Below, one piece after another: positions 58,974 through 64,000 of a DNA stretch of 64,000 bases. Below the pieces are notes generated by a model. It searched no databases, was not told the origin of the DNA, and saw only the letters and a list, made by a program, of their open reading frames with translations. Position 1 is the first letter of the stretch, and every line of letters begins with the position of its first letter. The stretch comes from an uncultured bacterium (GTDB lineage: Bacteria; Desulfobacterota_D; UBA1144; Nemesobacterales; UBA2774), in assembly GCA_963825135.1 (NCBI GenBank), contig CAWGRW010000009.1:704001-768000 (forward strand). The letters are read 5' to 3'. Position numbers and translations under genes: made by a program.

Positions 58974-60776
58974 CTAGCGGGGCTCGGGCACAATATCCAT
59001 CGTCATTTTCTTCCCTTTCCTGAGTATCACAAGTTCAATGGCCGCACCCGGCCGGGATTCCCCGAGCGCGTGTAAATAATCATATACGTTCTCAATCCTG
59101 TTCCCGCCTGCCTCTATTATAGTGTCGTATTTCTCAAGTCCCGCTTTATCGGCGGGGCTTCCTTTCGTGACTCCGGCGAGACTCACTCCGCCTTTAAGAC
59201 TCGAATAATCCGGTATCGTTCCCAGATAAACGCGCAGCCCCTGCGGTCCTCCGTATGCACCCGCTCCTCCCGAGAACTCGATTTTCCGCGCCCCGGCGCC
59301 GAGACCGCTGATGAGGTTCACGATGACACGGAGGACCTTTACCTCCCCTTCGGAATTAATCTTCCACCAGTCATCGCCGGGCGTGTGATAGTCCTCATGA
59401 AGCCCCGTAAAAAAGAGGACGGCGGGTATGTTGTCGGTAAAAAACCCCGTCTGGTCGCTCGGTCCAAACGCCGAATCCATATAGCTCAGGTTCAGACCGA
59501 CCCCGGAATTCGCTTTGTTAATCAGCGCCTCCCACTCCCTCGCGGAGCCTGCGCCCATGACCGTGAGTTTGCTATCTCTGAGCCTCCCGATCATATCCAT
59601 ATTTATCATCGCTATGGTATTTTCCTCGGGAAAGACGGGATGGTCTATATAATACGAGGACCCCAGCAGCCCGATCTCCTCCCCGGAAAACGCTACGAAG
59701 AGGAGACTCCTTTTTAAACGGTGCCTCTCGTCGGCAAAATATTCACTCAATTCCAGCAGGCCCGATACGCCGGACGCATTGTCATCGGCCCCGTTATAGA
59801 CCTCGCCCTTGTCCCTGCCCGGGGCCGAATAATCCTCCCCCCTGCCCAAATGGTCGTAATGAGCGCCTATCACTATCACCTCGTTCCTGAGCACGGGGTC
59901 GCTGCCCGGAACAAAGCCCAGCACGTTCGAGCTCTCGCCACGTCGGGCGATAAGCTCAATACGCAACTCAGCTTTAGAATCCGGAATCGTGAACGATGAA
60001 TTCTTGCCGTCGGCAAGCCCCGCCTCCAGCTTATCGAGGTCCCTTCCCGAGCTATGAATTAGTTCGAGCGCCTGCCGCCTTTTTATTATTACCGCTTCTA
60101 TCCCGGAACCCCCGGGCGGCAATTCAAAGGCGACGCCGCTCAGATCGTCTTCCTCGTCGAGAAAAGAAGGCGTAGTAAAAATTATCCCTTTTGCCCCTTT
60201 CTCCTCCGCATTCTCCGCCTTATACCGGAGAGAGGCAAAATCATAAAAATGACTCCCGTAATCCATATTCTTTGGCAAGCGCCTGAGCACGAGGACGACT
60301 TTGCCCTTCACATCCAGCCCTTTATAATCGTCATAGCCTAGCTCGGGGGCGCTGATGCCGTATCCGGCGAATGCCAGCTCTCCCGAAACGTAACCGCTCG
60401 CCGATACAGCCAGCGGAAAAAAATCCCGCCCCAACTCGAACCGCTCTCTGACGCCGTGTATCGTAATTTCAAGCGTATTACGTTTTCCCGGTACTAACCT
60501 CTCGGGGAGCGGGAAATTCTGAAAGTACGTCCCCGCGTCTCCCATGGGCTCGAGACCCGAAGCCTTGAAACCGCCGGCTATATAGCGGGCCGCCGCTAGG
60601 GCGCCCTTTTCACCCGCCATGCGCCCCTCGAGCTCGTCCGAAGACAGGTAGCGAATGTGCGTCATGACCTCGCCCGGGCTTATTTCAGGGCTCATATCGC
60701 CGGCGCGGTGCTCTTCCGCAAATGACACGGGCAGGATTAAGACGGACAGTATCAGGAGCAGGGATAGTATTCGCAT
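58974..60776 (-). CDS. M28 family aminopeptidase with PA and PDZ domains
   Basis: LSSDELEGR, GAHYDHLG, GADDNASG, FSGEEIGLLGS, NMDMIGR, DYHTP; C-terminal PDZ; signal peptide from ATG at 60776. Confidence 0.92.
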   Translation of the reverse strand: MRILSLLLILSVLILPVSFAEEHRAGDMSPEISPGEVMTHIRYLSSDELEGRMAGEKGALAAARYIAGGFKASGLEPMGDAGTYFQNFPLPERLVPGKRNTLEITIHGVRERFELGRDFFPLAVSASGYVSGELAFAGYGISAPELGYDDYKGLDVKGKVVLVLRRLPKNMDYGSHFYDFASLRYKAENAEEKGAKGIIFTTPSFLDEEDDLSGVAFELPPGGSGIEAVIIKRRQALELIHSSGRDLDKLEAGLADGKNSSFTIPDSKAELRIELIARRGESSNVLGFVPGSDPVLRNEVIVIGAHYDHLGRGEDYSAPGRDKGEVYNGADDNASGVSGLLELSEYFADERHRLKRSLLFVAFSGEEIGLLGSSYYIDHPVFPEENTIAMINMDMIGRLRDSKLTVMGAGSAREWEALINKANSGVGLNLSYMDSAFGPSDQTGFFTDNIPAVLFFTGLHEDYHTPGDDWWKINSEGEVKVLRVIVNLISGLGAGARKIEFSGGAGAYGGPQGLRVYLGTIPDYSSLKGGVSLAGVTKGSPADKAGLEKYDTIIEAGGNRIENVYDYLHALGESRPGAAIELVILRKGKKMTMDIVPEPR

Positions 60777-60969
60777 TCGTTTATAAACTACCACAGGCGT
60801 CTGCGGAGCGATTATGAATAGAAACAAATCGAGGGCATCGAGATAACGATCCCCGGTCGCCCCTGTCCGGAAGTCCGTATCCCCGCGTTCAGCCACGACC
60901 CGGGCGGTGTTTGCAGACAATTCCAAACCGTGTAAGACTTATCTTCCAATACCGCTTCAGGGAGCATAA

Positions 60970-61734
60970 ATGTACCCCGTATTATTCAGGATAGGCGATA
61001 TATCCGTTTCTTCGTTCTCGGTAATGGTCCTTATAGGATTCCTGGTCGCTTACGTGCTCGGAGAATCCGAATTCAAGCGAAAGGGATTGAACGGCAACCT
61101 CGTCGATTTGCTCCTCATAGCCAGTGTGATAGGCGGACTCGGAGGCGCTAAAATTTTATTCCTCTATCAACAGGTCCCCATAACGGACTTTATCGCCGAT
61201 CCGGTCAGATATCTCGCGTCCGGCTTTACATTCTTCGGGGGGCTCATAGGGGCGTTTATACTCGCGTGGCTCGTGACGCAGATGAAAAGGATCAGTTTTT
61301 TATCCGTCACGGATCTGGCTTGCCCGCTTCTCATCATTGCTTACGCGGTGGGGAGGATCGGATGCCTTCTCGTCGGGGACGACTACGGGATCCCGTCCGA
61401 CCTCCCCTGGGCAATAGCCTTTCCGGAGGGCTCGCCGCCGACCAGCCAAACAGTTCACCCTACGCAGGTGTACGATACGATCTGCATGGTGATTCTATTC
61501 GCCGTGCTCTGGAGCATACGCAAAAAAGAGCTCCCTGCAGGATGGATAACCGCAGTCACGTTTATAGCTCTGGGCGTCCAGCGGTTCCTGGTGGAGTTCC
61601 TGCGGCGTACTACACCCAGCTTCATACCCGGAATATCACAGGCCCAGCTCATCGCAGTCGTCCTGGTCTTAACGGGGATCATAATCCTGTGGAAGGGGAA
61701 AAACAGGGCAGCCGGGCCGGCGTCTGCTCCCTGA
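60970..61734 (+). CDS. lgt: Prolipoprotein diacylglyceryl transferase
   Basis: MYPVLF, FFGGLIG, GRIGC..GDDYG, PWAIAFP, HPTQVY, RFLVEFLR. Confidence 0.93.
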   Translation: MYPVLFRIGDISVSSFSVMVLIGFLVAYVLGESEFKRKGLNGNLVDLLLIASVIGGLGGAKILFLYQQVPITDFIADPVRYLASGFTFFGGLIGAFILAWLVTQMKRISFLSVTDLACPLLIIAYAVGRIGCLLVGDDYGIPSDLPWAIAFPEGSPPTSQTVHPTQVYDTICMVILFAVLWSIRKKELPAGWITAVTFIALGVQRFLVEFLRRTTPSFIPGISQAQLIAVVLVLTGIIILWKGKNRAAGPASAP

Positions 61735-61814
61735 CATCACAATTCACCGCTTGGATACCGCTGTTTCAAGTATTGATAAATGCTTTTACTCCGAATATGT
61801 TATGGTAATATTCA

Positions 61815-61973
61815 GGTCGTTTATCATCGGTGAAACGTCACTGACCGCGGCTGTTCCGGTATAGCACGCCGAACAATGATCCGAGTCAGGGCGGTAATGA
61901 TAACCGTATTTGGTGTTCGGCAAGCGCCGCTTACCCGGGGGGCCGACTTACAGTCATAGATGCACGCACGATC
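61815..61973 (+). ncRNA. Structured RNA upstream of ribF (6S-like rod or unknown leader)
   Basis: Nested pairings GGTCGT/ACGATC, CATC/GATG, TGAC/GTCA, CGGCT/GGCCG, GCCGAACA/TGTTCGGC; extended -10-like TGTTATGGT just upstream. Confidence 0.5.
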
Positions 61974-61987
61974 CAGGCAGAAATAGC

Positions 61988-62908
61988 ATGAAAGTTATAT
62001 TCGACCCCGAAGAACCGATAGAGAGCCCGACCTCAGCCACGATCGGGAACTTCGACGGCGTACACGCGGGGCATAAGAGAATATTGAAGGCGGTAAGGGA
62101 AACAGCGGAAAGCAAAGGATTGAGCTCCTGCGTTATAACCTTTCACCCGCACCCCCAGAAAGTCCTCCAGAATATAGACATCCCTCTCCTGATGCCGATA
62201 AGGGAGAGACTCAGGCTCCTCGGGAATGAAGGGATAGACTTCGTCGTGTGCTATACGTTTACGAAGGAAATCTCAAAAATTACAGCTAAAGACTTTATCT
62301 CCGAAATGCTGATCGACAGGCTCAAGGTCAAGCACCTCATCATAGGCCCCGATTTTTCCTTCGGCAGAAAGAGAGAGGGCAATGCGGAGCTTCTCAAAAC
62401 CATGGGCAAGATTTACGACTTCGAAACGAACGTCCTCGGACCGGTCTACATCGACAACGAGGTAGTCAGCAGCTCTGCCATCAGGAACCTTCTCAAAGAG
62501 GGGGACACGAGAAAGGCGGCCAGGTTCCTCGGTTACTTTTATTATATCGAGGGACAGGTTGCCGAGGGAGAAAAAAGGGGGAGACAGATCGGATACCCGA
62601 CCGCGAATCTGGAGACGGACTGGGACATACTTCCGAAAACCGGTGTTTACGCCACGAGGGCCTGTCTCGACGATAAAAAACTGGAGAGCATAACGAACAT
62701 AGGCTACAGACCGACTTTCGGGAGCAGCAAACTGCTCATCGAGACCCACATATTCGATTTCAATTCCGATATCTACGGCAAAAGGCTCAGGCTCGAGTTC
62801 GTGGAGAGGATAAGGGACGAGAAGCGTTTCGAGAGCGTGGACGCGCTCGTCGCCGAAATCAGGCTGGACGTGGAAAAGGTAAAAGAGGTGCTCAGAAATA
62901 CGCGCTGA
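61988..62908 (+). CDS. ribF: Bifunctional riboflavin kinase/FAD synthetase
   Basis: IGNFDGVHAGH, TFHPHP, GPDFSFG, SSSAIR, GYPTAN, NIGYRPTF, ETHIFDF; ATG at 61988 preferred. Confidence 0.96.
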   Translation: MKVIFDPEEPIESPTSATIGNFDGVHAGHKRILKAVRETAESKGLSSCVITFHPHPQKVLQNIDIPLLMPIRERLRLLGNEGIDFVVCYTFTKEISKITAKDFISEMLIDRLKVKHLIIGPDFSFGRKREGNAELLKTMGKIYDFETNVLGPVYIDNEVVSSSAIRNLLKEGDTRKAARFLGYFYYIEGQVAEGEKRGRQIGYPTANLETDWDILPKTGVYATRACLDDKKLESITNIGYRPTFGSSKLLIETHIFDFNSDIYGKRLRLEFVERIRDEKRFESVDALVAEIRLDVEKVKEVLRNTR

Positions 62909-62948
62909 TGTGCTATAACATTATTATTGCTCTCTGTGCGGGTGGATA

Positions 62949-63797
62949 TTGGGAATAAAAGCAACTACGCAAATATACGGCATATTCGGTCACCCGGTCG
63001 GTCACAGCCTGTCGCCCGCCATGCACAACGGCGCTTTCGGCGCGCTGGGGATTGATTCCGTGTATCTTGCATTCGATATAAGTCCCGAAAAAATAGGCCC
63101 GGCCGCAAACGCAGTGAGGACTCTCGGGATAAAGGGAGTAAATATCACCATTCCCCACAAAGAGAGCATAATCCCCTACCTCGACAAAATCTCTCCCGAC
63201 GCAAGGCTCATGGGCGCTGTCAATACGGTAAAGAACGACGACGGAATCCTGTCGGGTTATAACACCGATGTCGGGGGTTTCCTCAGGGCGTTAGAGGAAG
63301 ACGTCCATGCCAAACCCTCGGGGGCGAAGGTATTGCTCCTGGGCGCGGGCGGGGCTGCCCGCGCGGTACTGTCCGCACTCTGCATGAACGGGGCTGAAAG
63401 CGTTTATGTCGCGAACAGGACCCATGATAAAGCGCTCGATCTTAGCGCGGAATTCAAAAAACAGTTCAAAGACATAACGATAGAGCCGGTCGCGCTCGGC
63501 GACGAGAAAACGATAAAAGAAATACTTTCGAAAGCGGACATACTGGTCAATTCCACATCCGCCGGAATGGGGGGGAAGGAAGCTGTGGAGCTCCCGCTCG
63601 AATCCCTCAAAAAATCGGCCGCTGTATACGATCTCGTGTATAAACCCAGTGAGACGCGCCTCGTGACGGAAGCGCGGAGGCTCGGGCACAGTGCTTCAGG
63701 AGGGTTAAGCATGCTCCTTTACCAGGGCGCGCTCAGCTTCGAGATCTGGACGGGCCGGGAGGCCCCGATACGGGTAATGAGAGAAGCCATAGAATAA
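62949..63797 (+). CDS. aroE: Shikimate dehydrogenase
   Basis: HSLSPAMHN, NITIPHK, GAVNT, NTD..GF, GAGGAARA, YDLVY, MLLYQG. Confidence 0.96.
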   Translation: MGIKATTQIYGIFGHPVGHSLSPAMHNGAFGALGIDSVYLAFDISPEKIGPAANAVRTLGIKGVNITIPHKESIIPYLDKISPDARLMGAVNTVKNDDGILSGYNTDVGGFLRALEEDVHAKPSGAKVLLLGAGGAARAVLSALCMNGAESVYVANRTHDKALDLSAEFKKQFKDITIEPVALGDEKTIKEILSKADILVNSTSAGMGGKEAVELPLESLKKSAAVYDLVYKPSETRLVTEARRLGHSASGGLSMLLYQGALSFEIWTGREAPIRVMREAIE

Positions 63798-63942
63798 GAC
63801 GCCCTCCAGCAATCCAATTTTACTCCAAAGTCAATCCGCCCATCTCCGGCCGGGCCCTCATAAAATCCCCACTGGCATATGTCGGGGCTTTATGAGATAA
63901 TGAAACTATAATCTCATAAGCTGAACAGCTATCGGAGGTGTA

Positions 63943-64000
63943 ATGAAAGTTGTAAGCCCCGCAGGAGATTTCGAAATCAAAGTCAATGACTCGTCTGTCG
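63943..64000 (+). CDS. Partial CDS start (MKVVSPAGDFEIKVNDSSV), product unknown
   Basis: GGAGGT SD before ATG; open to the window end. Confidence 0.5.
   Translation, partial: MKVVSPAGDFEIKVNDSSV

Overview
Bacterial chromosomal window of mostly housekeeping genes. Gene order and codon style (heavy ATA/AGG use, many TTG starts) suggest a Deltaproteobacteria-like lineage, possibly Ca. Dadabacteria; that is inference only. In order: ctpA; uppS-dxr-rseP; a sigma54-driven PiT-family permease-cysH operon opposite an NtrC-like activator; pyrE; a glycogen cluster (glgP, glgB-glgX-malQ-glgA); an APC/USP transporter; a sigma54-driven membrane GT2 glucan synthase; a sigma54-driven metY-metX-metW operon; an ~8.4 kb segment between tRNA-Ala(GGC) and a degenerate copy of its 3' half (GT4/GH130 module, isobutyryl-CoA-mutase-type subunits, an acetoacetate-decarboxylase-family gene, TetR); hom, ntrBC-like pair, rnc; a catalytically degenerate sirtuin upstream of a tandem ThyX; xseA; a degenerate acyl-CoA-ligase-like protein; CCA-adding enzyme; Fo ATP synthase genes; hemL; pal-cpoB-ompA-like genes; lgt; a structured RNA before ribF; aroE. 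The most notable items are (i) a candidate sigma54 sulfur/methionine regulon with an atypical-receiver activator, (ii) the pseudo-sirtuin-thyX pair and nearby pseudo-ligase, (iii) an RseP with an extra, probably cytoplasmic, PDZ domain, (iv) the relic tRNA-Ala island and (v) the unidentified RNA before ribF. Apparent indels in four genes (malQ, GT4, icmA, icmB) may be assembly errors. All calls come from manual motif reading; no searches were run.
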